A stretch of 64,000 bases of DNA from Amoebidium appalachense (GCA_963693365.1 CAVNZM010000011.1:4596639-4660638); one strand, 5' to 3'. Shown: positions 1-25,117, numbered from the stretch's first letter. The notes: generated by a model not told the origin, from the letters alone. Program-made: numbers and translations.

Positions 1-1069
1 TCTCTCCCTCGCTCGCTCGCTCTCGCTCTCGCTCTCTCGCACACCACGCACACACGCACGCGCAGACACACCCACACCCGCCAAACCAACCAACAATGAT
101 GGGAACACCTACACGTTTATGTTTCTTACTAACGCCATGTTTGCCGCCTGTAGTCCCTTCTGCAATGTAGGACGACAAAAGCTATAACAACATATACGAT
201 GTTATGCATATACGTGTGTTCCTTTCCGAGCAGTGCTGTTCTGTGATGCTAAAATGAAACAGTTATCTCAGCTTCTAAACCAAGGCCTCCTACTCTGAGT
301 AGGAGGTCTAGACCTTGTTCTAAACCCGGCCGCAGAGGATGACGTCATACATTTGTCTGAGCAAAAATCATGAGGGCCCGGCCGGGCCACTGGCCGTGGG
401 CCAGGTCTGATCATGAGCTGCAGGCATGCAGCCTCAGCGTGTACTGTGCGCGCGCATGTGTGCATGCGTGTGCACAGTATTTGTATGTGTGTGTGTGTGT
501 GTGCGTGTATGTGTGTGCACTTGTATATGTACACAAGTGTGGACCATGTGCATGCATCTGCATGCACAGATGCCTGTGACACTGCACGGTGGTGGTTCAC
601 TGTCACTGATCGTTGTCGTCTGATCTACAGAAAACCAATAGTTATTCGCATTCAGAACGCTGCTGACCTATTCGCTATCATTCAACCAATTACATCTAAG
701 GATCTTAGGTAGATCTATTATAATGTAAACTAATCATGAAGCACGTGATGTAGGCAACGAATACTTTCTTTTTCCGTACATTTCAAATATAAATGCAACT
801 ATACCAGGAGAAAAAAAAGACTACCATTCATAATATTATAGTTTTATACTGAGTGCATGCTCAGCCTAAGTTGCAGCTGCACGAAGCTATATGCTCGCAT
901 TTGAGTTCATCTTTGCCTCACCTCTCACATCAAGAGAATGGCGACTATAGCCTACATATAAAGCGAAGCTGAAACGTTATGCTGACTTCAGATTTCATAT
1001 CCGAAACAACACGCCTACCAACTACCATAGTTATTATAGCTCAATTCTCAGCCTCTTTTTCGAGCCACC

Positions 1070-1609
1070 ATGAAGTTCCTTCTCGCCACCATTGCCTCTC
1101 TTGCTCTGGCAGCGTCGGCTGTAGAGACCGGCGTGTGCTGCCCGTACATCGACTCCGCCTGCAAATTGACACCACCCGTAGAGGCAGCATGCAAGCCTTT
1201 TACCTTCAACAAGTGCGAGAAAGCCCCTTCCACGTTCGTTAACTACTACTTCACTACCACCCTTAATGGGGATAGCGTTGAATACCGCCGCTTCAATGCC
1301 AGCGACTGTAACCCGGCCAGCTTGGAGCCAAAATGGAATGCGGATGGGAAGTTGGGTGCCTGCTTGGGGCCCATTGACAAGCAGATGGGCTTTGACGCCT
1401 TCATTGTTGTGACTAAGGGGAATGGCAACTCTTCCTCCGGCCCTTCCACTACCACAGTTGCTACCGCAACGTCTGGTTCAGTGGCGCCTATTCCCACGAC
1501 GTCTTCTGCGACCGTTGCCACCACCACAGCTCCAGGTTCCGCTGCCCATGCTGTTGCCCCAAGTGCAATCTTTGGATTCGTCACAGTAATGTTGGCAACG
1601 CTGTTCTGA
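1070..1609 (+). CDS. Secreted Cys-rich surface protein with Ser/Thr stalk and putative GPI-anchor signal (paralogue 1, intronless, 179 aa)
   Basis: ccaccATG start; hydrophobic signal peptide MKFLLATIASLALAASA; ~100 aa domain with 7 Cys; S/T-rich linker; C-terminal small-residue site plus hydrophobic tail (GSAAHAVAPSAIFGFVTVMLATLF). Conserved paralogue at 9011-9766. Confidence 0.88.
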   Translation: MKFLLATIASLALAASAVETGVCCPYIDSACKLTPPVEAACKPFTFNKCEKAPSTFVNYYFTTTLNGDSVEYRRFNASDCNPASLEPKWNADGKLGACLGPIDKQMGFDAFIVVTKGNGNSSSGPSTTTVATATSGSVAPIPTTSSATVATTTAPGSAAHAVAPSAIFGFVTVMLATLF

Positions 1610-2751
1610 GAGGCTCTACAAAGCAAAAAAATGGTAACTAAGTGGACATGAAACATATATGCCATCAAAGGAATTGGGTAGCCGGTGACACCCAAGCTTT
1701 GTGGCTTAGTTAATTTAAATCATGCTGTGGGGTTCCTAATTAAGTTGCCTGTTAATATCTTGTTCCGCCATTCCTGGACTTTTACTGTCACCATGATGCA
1801 CACAGAGAAGCATCCAGTAGAACGGCACACCTAACGTTACGATAAACCTGTATGCGCAAAACTTAAGGGCGGTCGGTAAAGCTTAAGGACGAAGACATTG
1901 AATAAATACGTCGAAAATCGAACCTGTGGAGCGGGATGTTGTAGTGTGGAGCACTTTTAGACGGAAACCCATGTGCGCACACACACACGCACACACGCAC
2001 GCACGCACACGCGCACACACGCACACATGCACGCACATGCATACACATAAATGCATCAAAACACACCGTCGTTCCCACGCACGTGTGTGCACTGTTACTG
2101 CAAACATTCACAAAGGGATGGCAGGGTGTCACTAACAGTGCGTGCACCGAGTAACCAATACATAGTAGACTATTGGCATAATACACAAGCTGTCCCTACC
2201 GACACTTAAGGTGACCTCAGTGACGTACACACAATTGCACACGCACGCACACACACACACACACGCACGCACGCGCACACACACACACACACACACACAC
2301 GTGAACGTGGCGCACTAGCACATGCACACATTTTTTAACAAACCCTGAGAACATACTATGTGCACAAACCGGCAGGTGAGAGCACATGCAGTTTCGGTGA
2401 CACGAACACACACACACACACAACAAACACGTATGCACCGTACACTTACATATACACACTGTCACAGAATTGGTACCCCGCCCGCCGTCTTACTTTGTAG
2501 TAGACAAATGATGGGAGAGGAGAGGGGCTGCGGGGGGGGAGGGAAGGGGGGGGGGGGGGGGGGGGGCATATATGCCCAATAGATGTACTTTATAAAAGGA
2601 AAAAGGAAACCAAAGGACTGAGTGATCATGTGAGCGAAATGTGCAGGTTGCTTGCTATATACGTATAAGTGTGCACATGCCACAGTTAGTTGTGGTGGGC
2701 GAGTTCCTTTTTCTTTCTTTCTTTCCTGTGTGGCCTGGGTATTGAAACGTG

Positions 2752-2812
<61 letters not shown>

Positions 2813-3401
2813 GTTGAGTGTGGGACCGGCCCGGCACCGTGGATATGTGGCCCTTTCATTATTGGTGTCTTTTCACGTCTTGGTGTTTTCTTTGTTCTGA
2901 AATGTGTTTAACGGCATTCACAATTTTCGTTTGATGGAATGGTTGGGCGCTTGTTAAAAGGCTTAGCCACCCAAGACCTCATGTGTTGTATTTTTCCCCA
3001 GAAATAATTTTTTAAATGGATGCCGGCGGTGCATCATTCTCGGCTGGTCGACTCTCGCTGTGTTCATGAGTGCACATGACCATGCTAAATTTAAGATTTC
3101 CCAAATAAATACTTCTAGCTCTATAAAATTTAGAAGATCTAAGATTCTAGCTGGCTAGCCCCCATTGCAGATATGAAAACTATGAAGACTAAGGCTTTCC
3201 CTTTTTGTTCTTGTGGGCTAGGGGGGTCTGGAATTAAGATTCTAGCTGGCTGCAGCCGAAATCCACGTAATCTTATATTTGGCCTACACCTGTATGGAAA
3301 TTGCAGGTTCCGACGGTGCATGTTTCAACTTTGTTTCTTTTTCTTTTTCTTGTTTTGTTTTTTGTCGTTTTCTCAGTGTGTGTGTGACGGTGTGTGTGTG
3401 T

Positions 3402-3479
<78 letters not shown>

Positions 3480-3937
3480 GGGATAACAAAGCCTTGCGCA
3501 AATTGTGTACAAAACTCAAAAACTCGGCCTGCCGTCAAGAACAAAGGCAACTGCATCATGGAAGTTTCACCCATGCAGCAGCTAAGCTTTTCGTGCACTC
3601 GATCTACTGGCAGTGAAATTTTACTAAGATCAGAAAGCCTCTGTACTATTATCATCAGGCGGTCTCGGCAAGCACCAAGAAGATAAGGCTCGGAGGGCAA
3701 AAACATAACAGAGAGTTTCACAGGCCAGATTTATTAATATTGGACTTTTCGGGTCCCACTGGCAGGTCCGTATAACATTAATCACGTTGCATAAAATCTT
3801 TTAGTTCTGACCCCACCCTGAAAACGGCACCCAAAAAAAACATTTGCAAAGAGGGATTCGAAAAAAAGCCAGTTTCACAGCCATAAGCCTACCCCATCTC
3901 CTCCCTCCCCCATTCCAACCCCTCCCCTTCCCCTTCT

Positions 3938-3968
<31 letters not shown>

Positions 3969-4077
3969 CCCTCCCCCCTCCCCTCCCCTCCCAACCCCTC
4001 CCCCTCCTCCCCCATCGCCCCCGGCACCAACATGCACCCTCTCCACGCTTTCAAGGCTCTCACCGTGATACCCCCCC

Positions 4078-4108
<31 letters not shown>

Positions 4109-4573
4109 TTCTGCCCAGTCGGTGCCCCATGTATTACAGAGAAAGCCACAATTCCAGGCCGTACTAATGCTCGTAGAATACACTGCAATATTGTGTATGT
4201 ATCACCGTGCGCGTCAGGCGGATGGGAAAGGGAAATTAAATTCAAATCCTATAAAAAGAAAATGTTGTACAAACACACACACACACACCGTCGCAAGCAC
4301 GCACACAGAGCTACCGTGAAACATGTGTAAACACACGTGCAGACGCAAGAGCACACACCACCCACACACATAATTGTGCACATGCACACACACACACACC
4401 TGCAAACAAAAACATGTTCGCACACACGACACAAGATCTCAAGATACACACGTACACTCATGCATACACACACACACACACACGCACACACACACACACA
4501 CATAGAGAGGGGGGGGGGGGGAAAGAGAGAGAGGGATGAGAGAGGGAGAGTGTGGGGGGGGGGGGGGAGAGGG

Positions 4574-4618
<45 letters not shown>

Positions 4619-4630
4619 TGAGAGAGAGAG

Positions 4631-4797
<167 letters not shown>

Positions 4798-5188
4798 AAA
4801 GAGAAAGCCTGGGGGGGAGGTGGGGGAGGTGCAGGGAGGCCTCGGCCAGAGAGTCGGGGACGGAGAAAGACAGATGGATCCGGAGCTGGGGGGGGGGGGG
4901 GGGGGGGGGGGGGGGGAGGAGACAGATGGGGGGGGGGGGGGGGGGGGGGAGGGGAGAGAGAGAGAGAGAGAGGGAGAGAGAGGCAGAGAGAGCGAGAGGG
5001 AGATAGAGGGAGAAGAAGGAGGGAGAGAGGGAGAGAGGGAAAGAGAAAGGCAAATATCCCTGCACACACGCAATTCCATACACACAACACACCTACCACA
5101 CTCACGCACACAGGCATGCACGCACACACCCACACGCACACGCACACTCTCGTGTGCGCGCGCGCGCACACACACACACACACACATG

Positions 5189-5222
<34 letters not shown>

Positions 5223-5510
5223 CGCACACACACGTGTTGCAAATTGAATGCAGCAGCACATGCACAGCTGGCACATGCACATGGTTGTACACACACGGCC
5301 ATATATTATATATCTGAGCGTACATTAATATATATCAAAGTCATGTACTCATGCTCCGCCCAAAGACCGGCGGATAATATGTACGTATCATGGGCTAATC
5401 CCTGTCCCTTGTTGGGTCCACGAGACGAGGAAATCCACACCGGCACCGCTACCATATCACACGTACATGGTGTACGACGAATCGACGATCAAAACTGCAC
5501 ATCGCCATAA

Positions 5511-5546
<36 letters not shown>

Positions 5547-5811
5547 CCCCGGCCCCGCCCCTCCCTCTCCCCCGGGCCCCCCTTGTCAGCTCTCCTCAGA
5601 ACCATTCAAATGCGAATTTCAAAGAGAAATTATTTATAAAAATTCACGGAGAGGGGCCAGTGAAAAGGGTTTTTTTCTCGCTTTTCTTCTCAGGCCTGCT
5701 ACCACACATGATTTATGATGATATCCACGCGGCCGGTTGATCCCTAACACGTACTGACGTGTTGCCGCACGTGCGACGTTTATACATCTACTTGTGGCGG
5801 TCCCTTTTTGC

Positions 5812-5857
<46 letters not shown>

Positions 5858-6139
5858 AGACACCGCCTCAGTAGGTGGTAGGGTTGATCCGGCCGCTTTG
5901 CCCAACTTTGCCCGGCCGGCGTACCCGGCCCAGACTTACTGGTCGACTTCATTCGAGGCTACTTTGTAGCATGTCAGTGTGTGGTTCGTGAACCCAAGCG
6001 TTACGTGTGCTCTTACAACCTGTATACATTGCGCGCGTCATCTATGTCTATGTAAACTCGTATGATCTGGGCAGGCTACAAAACACAGTTGCTCCAAAAT
6101 TGAAGCCACGTGTCACACGTGCACCACACCCGGTATGTC

Positions 6140-6245
6140 GTCATGTCGTATGATCTAAAAGATAGCCAATGAAAATTCGCCTTCAGAGCCCCCGCAAAAC
6201 CATTCGTCATCTATCTACCACTTATATGCAGGGATCTCAGACGGA
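6140..6245 (+). repeat. Diverged duplicate of the upstream region of paralogue 1 (approximately 610-712)
   Basis: tgtcgtatgatctaaaagatagccaatgaaaattcgccttcagagc... aligns with tgtcgtctgatctacagaaaaccaatagttattcgcattcagaac...; includes a CCAAT box. Confidence 0.65.
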
Positions 6246-6496
6246 TGTAAAATAACGAGATGGAGCATGGAGATCCCACGAAGTTCTGCATTTGAATTTA
6301 ATAATAAGCATAGTACTAAAATAATCAGCAAAGCAGCATAATTTGAAAATATTATGTGTATTGTGATTATGTAACATAAATTTGGTGTGTGGAATCGAAC
6401 TGTCCAGCCTGATATTATATACAGTAATATATAATGATGCCCGAGTGGCCCAGGCTAATAAACGTTTGCCCCCCTCTCACGTTCAGGACTTTTCCC

Positions 6497-7160
6497 CACG
6501 GCCCTCTGAACACACGGCCTTGGCGCTGGAGATTAGTGTGACGTCATCGATTTTAGATTACAATAATACGGTCATGCGTTTCCCCTTCAAACATAGCAAG
6601 AATTAACCGCAAGGCAAGACCGTAGGGCACACTAACAGAAATAACAACAACATTCATGCAGTAAAAACATACCGTACATATTGTATACAAACTTTCATAC
6701 ATATATCCTATGGCATTTTCTACTACTGGCCGCTCACAGTGGCCGCGAGGCGAGCTCGAGTGCCAGCTCCTCCTCCTCAACTACCTCATGTAGCCTACAA
6801 AGATCTGCCTCTGTTCTGTAGCTAGCCAGATCGAGCATCCTGAGTTGCTGCAATATCAGCAAGAAATAATAGTGGGTCAAAGCTGATCGTGTTTGTTGGT
6901 GATTCTCGAGTACTACTGCTTGTGTCGTTAATGCCAGCCTTTTCCTTCTCTTACCTCTCGTGATCGCACATGTCAGTTGTTTGGTTTTTTTCTCGCTCTA
7001 GCTGGCGTGTATGCTACCGCACTGGGTTTCTCGATTTTCGCAGTACCCATGCAGGCTGCAACCTCGCTCAGCATTTGCTGCATTAGATGTCAAACTCGTG
7101 CTAGGCCCTTCCGAAATCTGAAAGGCAATCCGCCTCACCCCCCCTTCCCCCCCCCCCCCC

Positions 7161-7205
<45 letters not shown>

Positions 7206-7692
7206 CCCCGCCCCTCCACTGCATCTCTCTTCCTCTCTTGCCCCCATACTTTCTCTCCCTTTCTAAATCACTGCTCTCGTCCAGTGTCACACTCACACAT
7301 ACATAAACTCTCACGCTGTCCCCGCACCCTCCTCCCTCTCCCTCCCGGGGGCTCCCTCCGTCCGTCCCCGGTCTTTCCTCTCTCCCTTCCCTCCCCCCCC
7401 CCCCCCCCTCCCCCCTGCCCGCCGCCCCCCGTCCCTCAACCCTATCATGGAATATATACTCCCTCCTGTTTCCCTTTTCTTTCTTTCTTCCTTCAGGCTC
7501 TGTGTCTGTCAATGCAGAAACCAGAAACCCCCCTACAAAGAACTTCCCATACTAGTCTTCGAAACAACCCCCTGTCCCCCCCCCCCACCGCCCCCGCTCT
7601 AAAGCTTCCCCTGCCTCTCGAGAGATCTCCCCCCGGCCTATATTCTCGCTCTGTCCCACCATTCCTCCCTCCGGACCATCTCTCTCTTTCTC

Positions 7693-7758
<66 letters not shown>

Positions 7759-7759
7759 C

Positions 7760-7822
<63 letters not shown>

Positions 7823-8143
7823 CTCTCTCTCTATTGCTATCTCTCTCTCTCCCTCTCGCTCTGACCCCCTCCCTCCTCCCTCCCTCCTTCTGGCTCTCCC
7901 CCTCCCTCCCTCCCGAGCCCGGCTGTCCTCCTCTCTCCTCCTTGCCTCCGCTTTCGGTCTCTCTATCCCCCTCCTCCTATGCCTTCCCCCCCCCCCCCCC
8001 CCCCCAGGCCCTGTGTTTGTTGACGCACGCAACCCCCATACAAAGAAGCTCATCTCGAAGTTCCCTCCCCCACCACCCCCCTCCCCCTGCCTCCCTTCCT
8101 CCCTCCCCCCTCCCTTTTCCTCACATACGCACACTCTCGCCGA

Positions 8144-8203
<60 letters not shown>

Positions 8204-8828
8204 TCTGTCTCTCTCGCTCTTGCTCCCCCCGCCCCCATCTCTCGCCCCCCCCCTCCCTCCTACGCTTTATTTGGCACAGACGGCCCAGTGTTGCTGTTGT
8301 TTTGGACTGGCGCATAAGTCTTCAGCTGGGCCACATGAAGGGGTTTGGGTTCCATCCTGAAGTTTCGCAGGGATCAGTGTTCACATTGTTTGGTATATTA
8401 TTTTCAAAGGCCGCTTTAGAGGTGCGTATTTACCTTAGTTACAGCATATAATGATGTAAGTTCAGAGTCTTCACACAGAGACGGGCCCAAGTAAGAAATT
8501 CGCACACACGTTCAGAATCAAGCTGGCTGTCTTCCCTTTCAGTGTGCCTCATCTACGGTCGGGTGTGTACAAAATTATTGTGTTTGCGCCTATTTTTTTT
8601 GTTATTGTTCTTTAGAACAAGCACGCGTAGGTGAGTAGTAGTAAAGTAAAAGCTTTGAAGTGAGCGACCCGGCACTGCTCGCATTCAGGCATATTTATGG
8701 GAGGCGCCAGTATGTAATTACACGATCTTCGGGCCACGCCGGACTGATCATTCTACATAATTATTGTAATCTTGAAAGTGGCTCACGAGTGACGTTCAGG
8801 ACCAGGGCCGTGTGTTCAGAGGGCGGTG
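6497..8828. mobile_element. Degenerate hAT-like DNA transposon relic (~2.3 kb) upstream of paralogue 2
   Basis: Terminal inverted repeat CACGGCCCTCTGAACACACGGCCTTGG at 6497 matches the reverse complement ending at 8828 (about 29/34). Flanking 8-mers cttttccc / attttcct match 6/8 (possible TSD). Minus-strand peptide ..SNAANAERGCSLHG.. (~7045-7090) resembles the hAT C-terminal dimerisation motif (SA.xERxxS), with stops. Confidence 0.55.
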
Positions 8829-9010
8829 ATTTTCCTGGGTATATAATCAGCGCCCCCTTGGGTTCAGCCTGAGCTGCCTGACCAGTCTGCATATGCGAAC
8901 GAAAGTCTTTCATTTCACTAAAACGTTTACGTAGCGCCGCTGCCAGTCCCATCAAAACAAGCCTTTCATATTCACTAATATACCATCCCGTACTTTCTTT
9001 TCGAGACACC

Positions 9011-9766
9011 ATGAAGTTCCTTCTCGCCACCGTTGCCTTTCTTGCTGTGGCCGCGTCAGCCGCTGAGACCGGCGTGTGCTGCCCGTACATCGCCTCCACC
9101 TGCTCATTGAAACCCCCCTTTGAAGGCGAATGCAAGCCCTTTACCTTCGACAAGTGTGAGAAAGCCCCTTCCAGGTTCGTTAACTACTACTTCATTACCA
9201 CTCTTAAGGGGGATAGCGTTGAATACCGCCGCTACAGTGCCAGCGACTGTAACCCGGCCACCTTAGTGCAAAATTGGAACGCAGATGGGAAGTTGGGTGC
9301 TTGCTTGGGGCCAATCGATAAACAGTTTGGGTTTGATGCCTTCATCGTCGTGACCATGGGCAATAGCAATTCTTCTTCCATCACTTCCACTACTACAACT
9401 ACAACTATTGAAACAACTAGCACTAGCTCTGAGACGCCTATTCCCCCGGTTTATTCCACTACTACAACTACAACTATTGAAATGACTAGTACTAGCTCAG
9501 AGAGGCCTATTCCCCCGATGTCTTCCACTACTACCGCTGCAACTATTGAAACAACTAGCACTAGCTCAGAGACGCCTGTTCCCCCGGTGTCTTCCACTGC
9601 TACAGTCGAGATTGCCGAAATTACTACCTCTACCTCAGTGGTGCCTATTCCCACGACGTCTTCTGTAACCGTTGCCACCACCACAGCTCCAGGTTCCGCT
9701 GCCCATGCTGTTGCCCCGAGTGCACTTTTTGGATTCGTCGCAGTAGCTTTGGCTGTGCGTTTCTAG
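9011..9766 (+). CDS. Secreted Cys-rich surface protein with extended Ser/Thr stalk and putative GPI-anchor signal (paralogue 2, intronless, 251 aa)
   Basis: Same architecture as 1070-1609 with all Cys conserved and high identity; stalk lengthened by 69-bp tandem repeats; TATA-like TATATAA near 8840. Confidence 0.88.
   Translation: MKFLLATVAFLAVAASAAETGVCCPYIASTCSLKPPFEGECKPFTFDKCEKAPSRFVNYYFITTLKGDSVEYRRYSASDCNPATLVQNWNADGKLGACLGPIDKQFGFDAFIVVTMGNSNSSSITSTTTTTTIETTSTSSETPIPPVYSTTTTTTIEMTSTSSERPIPPMSSTTTAATIETTSTSSETPVPPVSSTATVEIAEITTSTSVVPIPTTSSVTVATTTAPGSAAHAVAPSALFGFVAVALAVRF
9385..9660 (+). repeat. Coding minisatellite, 69-bp (23-aa) unit, three full copies plus one divergent copy
   Basis: TTCCAC anchor recurs at 9385, 9454, 9523 and 9592; unit approximately STTTTTTIETTSTSSETPIPPVS. 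Confidence 0.85.
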
Positions 9767-10733
9767 AAGAGTTACACATGCATGGATCAAGTTCTGAGAG
9801 GTTTTTTCTGAAAATAAACATAAAAATAAAAATAATATAAGTGCTATATACAACTCGCTTGGAATACGCCTACATAAAATTCTATTTTATAGCTTGGGCA
9901 TGATCACGTGCACCAATTGCATATATCTTAGTTAAAAAAGTACGCTCCGGTTTTATTGGTTAGCTTTGGCCATGGGTGGGTACATATTTACGGTAACCTG
10001 CCCGGCGCAAAAAAGGTAAAAAGCTCCTGCTTGGAAACTACTAGTGCCACTGTCTCGAGACTACTAACTAACAAATACGTGCACAGACAGGCTGATTCGA
10101 ACTGCCTCCCATACATACGGTGAGTGAATATGATATTCTCCCAGGTTCCTCGAGTAAACAGCGTAAACCTCCCCAATACGGTATGCTTTAGGCAACAACC
10201 ACATGTGGACTTAAACCGCCGTATCATTACATAATTAGGACACATGTCTGTGACACTCAAAACACCTACTGTTTCACACTCTCTCTTGCTACTCCATCAT
10301 TTTTTATATTCGATTTTACCCTTATTAGTATCATAGTACTACCATGATCCACTAAGCATCGACTGAACTCTTAGACTAGCTATATGGGGTGCTGATGGTG
10401 CAATCCGTTGCTAGCTAAGTTTGAAACACCTCTTTACGAATCTTTCAAGGCCTACTGTACATACACTATGTACTTAGCCCACGGTTTTTGCCCCAGCCTT
10501 GCCAGTGGGACCGGGAGTGCCAGGCCTCCCCTCCAACCGAAACCTTTTAATAAAAATCTTGAACACGGACTCTCATTGGTTCAACTACGATGCGGCAAGT
10601 TTTGTGGTGTGCAAATGTGGCAGAAATGCTTGCCAAATACACAGTGGTGCTTAAGGTCGATACGAGTGTGTTTTGGGGGATGGCGGTGTTCCTGCGCACA
10701 TGCATGTGCACACGTGTATCCCAACCCAACCCA

Positions 10734-10765
<32 letters not shown>

Positions 10766-11341
10766 TTTTCAACATCCCCTCGGCCTGGGGCTCTTAATTT
10801 TGAGTTGATTTCTTAGCGGCTAGCTGGACAATGTAGTGTTTTGACGGGGCACGCCCCCGACTCCCCGACCTGTATTTGATATGTATGGGATGCTTCTGAT
10901 GGTATATACGTGATTTATGACAAGATGCGTGTAACGGTACGTGGGCCATATGACACTTGGGGTGTTGGCGTATTGTCCGGCCCGAGCGGCCAATAAATGT
11001 GCCTTATCCCCGATGGTTGTGATAACTGGCTACTGTGGATCCATCCCGTTTTCCCGCCTAACCGGGATGCCCCCCTTTTTTTTCTTTCTTTCCTTTTTTA
11101 AAAAAAAAAACATGCACGCTGCTCAATGCCTGCCTATTTTGATTATTAAGTTTCTTTATGTTTTATTTTTTGAATGAACCGTTTGCCCTTAGTGGCTGCC
11201 TGATTTTTTTTTTGTCTCTTATCGAGTTCATAATCAACTAACCATACCTCGAAGGTTTATTGTTTTATTCATGATTAGCCTAGTCGAATTTAGACTATTT
11301 TGATAAGTTAAACCATGATTACCCTTGTTTTCGAAACCACT

Positions 11342-11410
11342 TGATAATCGAACCTACAAACCGTTTTTATGCACAGATAATCGAACCTACAGACCGTTTT
11401 TATGCACAGG
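11342..11410. repeat. 33-bp direct tandem duplication
   Basis: gataatcgaacctacaraccgtttttatgcaca occurs twice. Confidence 0.8.
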
Positions 11411-11648
11411 TGACCAAGTTGAATCGCTGTCAAATTAATTTAAAACCACCTGCTAGCATGCTTGTTGTACGGTTTTCACATAGAGTATGTGACTTGAAGG
11501 TTTTTCCAACACATTTTTGTGATGTTCACTGTATTCTACTGGCCATTAAACTCCCTGACATGAACTCTTATGTCCTGTTCGAATATTCGCCAGCCTCTCA
11601 GAGTTGGCCATTGCACATATTCACAAGTTTGCGTGTCTCAAGGCCCCG

Positions 11649-11713
11649 GGTGAGAATATGGTGAGAATATGGTGAGATTATGATGAGATTATGGTGAGAA
11701 TATGGTGAGATAT
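11649..11713. repeat. 11-bp minisatellite (ggtgagaatat), about six copies
   Basis: Seen directly in the sequence. Confidence 0.8.
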
Positions 11714-12126
11714 CCATTGGGCGCTCAGGCTGGCGTCAGCACATATCGTATAGTTTCTGCAGTTACGGGCTTGGCACAAACCAGCGTATATAAATAACGA
11801 GCCAACATTGATGTCGGATGAAATGCCATTCAAGAGAGGTAAAAATGGAGAGAGAAGTTTTCAAAGGGAATCGGCACTGAATAGAGAGGAATAAGCGGAA
11901 ATGTGTACAGTCGCGGAAGAGAGTGTGGTAAGGACTTCCCCGGAAGAGAGTGAACGATGTCATGCGAGTTGAATTTCTTATTTGCAACATTACCGTGATG
12001 AGGTGTGCCACAGCCACGTATTGAATCTGATGATTTATTCCCGTAAACATTTATGTATGTAATGCTAATATCAGAATGACTGATCTGCATCATGATTCCA
12101 ACCTGAGCCCCCCCCCCCCCCCCCCC

Positions 12127-12175
<49 letters not shown>

Positions 12176-12470
12176 CCCTCCCATATGGCCATATGTCCCC
12201 CCTTCTGGTGCCAGTTTGAGATCATGTAGATATTGACTTGGCCCTCTCCCCCCTCCCCCCTCCCCCCCCTCCCCCCCCCCCCCCCCCCCCTCTCCCAGGC
12301 CGTTGCAACGCCCCTCCCCCTGAGGCTCCCCCCTCCCTCCCTCCCCCTCCTCCTCCTCCTCCCCCCCCCCCACCTCCCCTCCTCCTCCCCCCGCCCCCTC
12401 CCCCCCTCCCCGCCCACGCGGCCATCCGCAGAGATATTGCAAGATCATCGATCAATGCAGACTGTCACAT

Positions 12471-12678
12471 CGGATGGGCCGTGGACTTCTGGTTATGTTG
12501 CATACACACAATGCAGCACGGGTTGCAATGCAAGCTGGTTTTGCATACATACTGATATGTTTGCCCTAAAATGCATGTGTTCAGCAGTGTTGATTTTGAG
12601 AACACTTCTCATCGTGAATAATGTTCAACTTGTACGACGTACGTGTACCGTGTTCCGCATGGTCATGTAAACAACCCC
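12471..12678 (+). repeat. Diverged, 5'-truncated, opposite-orientation intergenic copy of the dispersed repeat
   Basis: Contains ggatgggc, atgtttgcc, cttctcatcgtg and gtaccgtgttccgcat in the same order as the reverse complement of copies A and D. Confidence 0.6.
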
Positions 12679-12868
12679 GGGCCCCCCGGCGGGGCCCAGC
12701 TGCCTCCCCCCCTCCCAACACAGGGCAAAAAAAAAAAAAAAAAAAAAAGAACCCACCGGCACCATCAACCACCACAGTGACATGCCTAGAGGTGCACACA
12801 TACGGTCATCGTGGAACGTTTGTGGGTGGGTGAGTACCATCATCGGGCTGGCCCAGTGAGTGGGTGTT

Positions 12869-12915
<47 letters not shown>

Positions 12916-14170
12916 CCCCCCCCTCCCCCCTTCTCCTCCTCCTCCTCTGGCCCCACATACCATACCAGGAATTCCATATACGTGCATATGCACGCACACG
13001 GTTGACACGGAGCGACACGTCGGCCCACTACTAAGTGTAGACAGTAGCTTACTGGATATGGTGTACATACATGCATGCACCGTCAGTCACGCAGATCTAC
13101 ACACACAACGCACACGTGCATGCACACAGTCAATAATGACATACCGAGCCACACACACAAGCCACACATACGCACGCGCACATGTACATATTGTCAATCA
13201 TCAACCCTCCGACGTCCACTCGACCCATACCCACACACATGTGCACACACGGTGCATACCGGAAGAAATTTTTATTGCTGTGAAAGAGTGAGGAATTATA
13301 AGCGTACACAGCAGAAATGTTCGGTTTTATATGTGGGTGTGGGGCGCCCTTTCTTTGAAAAACCAGGACGGGCTATACATTACACATTTCTATAGCAGTC
13401 TCATAATGATATTTGTTCCGTGAAAACCATAAACTCCGAATAATCACACTGAACACACACACAAACACGAGAAAAAGAATAATAAAAATTGGCAGAAGGG
13501 AAGCCTGCATGCCTAGCTATATTGTTGACCCGAAGGGCCTCAAAAACATATACACCACACACATATAGCACGTTGCTATGTACCCTCTGTCGAACAAAAC
13601 CGCTCACCTATGGAATACACAACCCTACCCCAAAAGATATTGCCTTAAGCAAAACACAATAAACATGACACCATTATCTGTGTGGTATAACATTGCATGA
13701 ACGTAGTCATATGACTACCCTAGAGGCTCACAGCAACACCAAACGTGGTTTTTTTCTTTTTCTTTTTCTTTTGGGTGATGTGCGGAAAAGTTAGAACAGT
13801 TCTGTAACGAATTCTTCTCTCGGAGAAACCTCTGTCTGATAAACAAAGTCAACAGTGTTATGGGACACACCCGCTTTCACCAAGCATATTGTCTTTTGGA
13901 GGTGCATGTATCAAGCGGACTACCGAGTATCTAGTGTTTCATGTGTTTCGTGTGTGTGTGTGTGTGTGTGTGCACGGACACGTGCACATGCGCGTCATGC
14001 ACCCACGTAACTATCCGAGTGTATGCGCCTTTGCCTGTTGTTTTCAAAACCGCATGCAAAGTGTGCTGTGCTGTGTGTGCAGAGTGAATCCGAATTTGTA
14101 TGTGTGTGTGCTCACATATCATGCCCGTGTGTGCTCCAGTCCTCCATCCGTGCCCGTGCTCCCTTGGTGC

Positions 14171-25117
<10,947 letters not shown>

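Noticed and set aside
1863-2209. Possible TTAA-flanked (Kolobok/piggyBac-like) mini-element
   Set aside because: The inverted match is only ~7 bp (GTCGGTA) next to TTAA; too weak to call.
10138-10175. cctcgagtaaacagcgtaaacc shared with ~45268-45290
   Set aside because: A real 22-bp match that suggests another repeat family, but the boundaries cannot be defined from two short hits.
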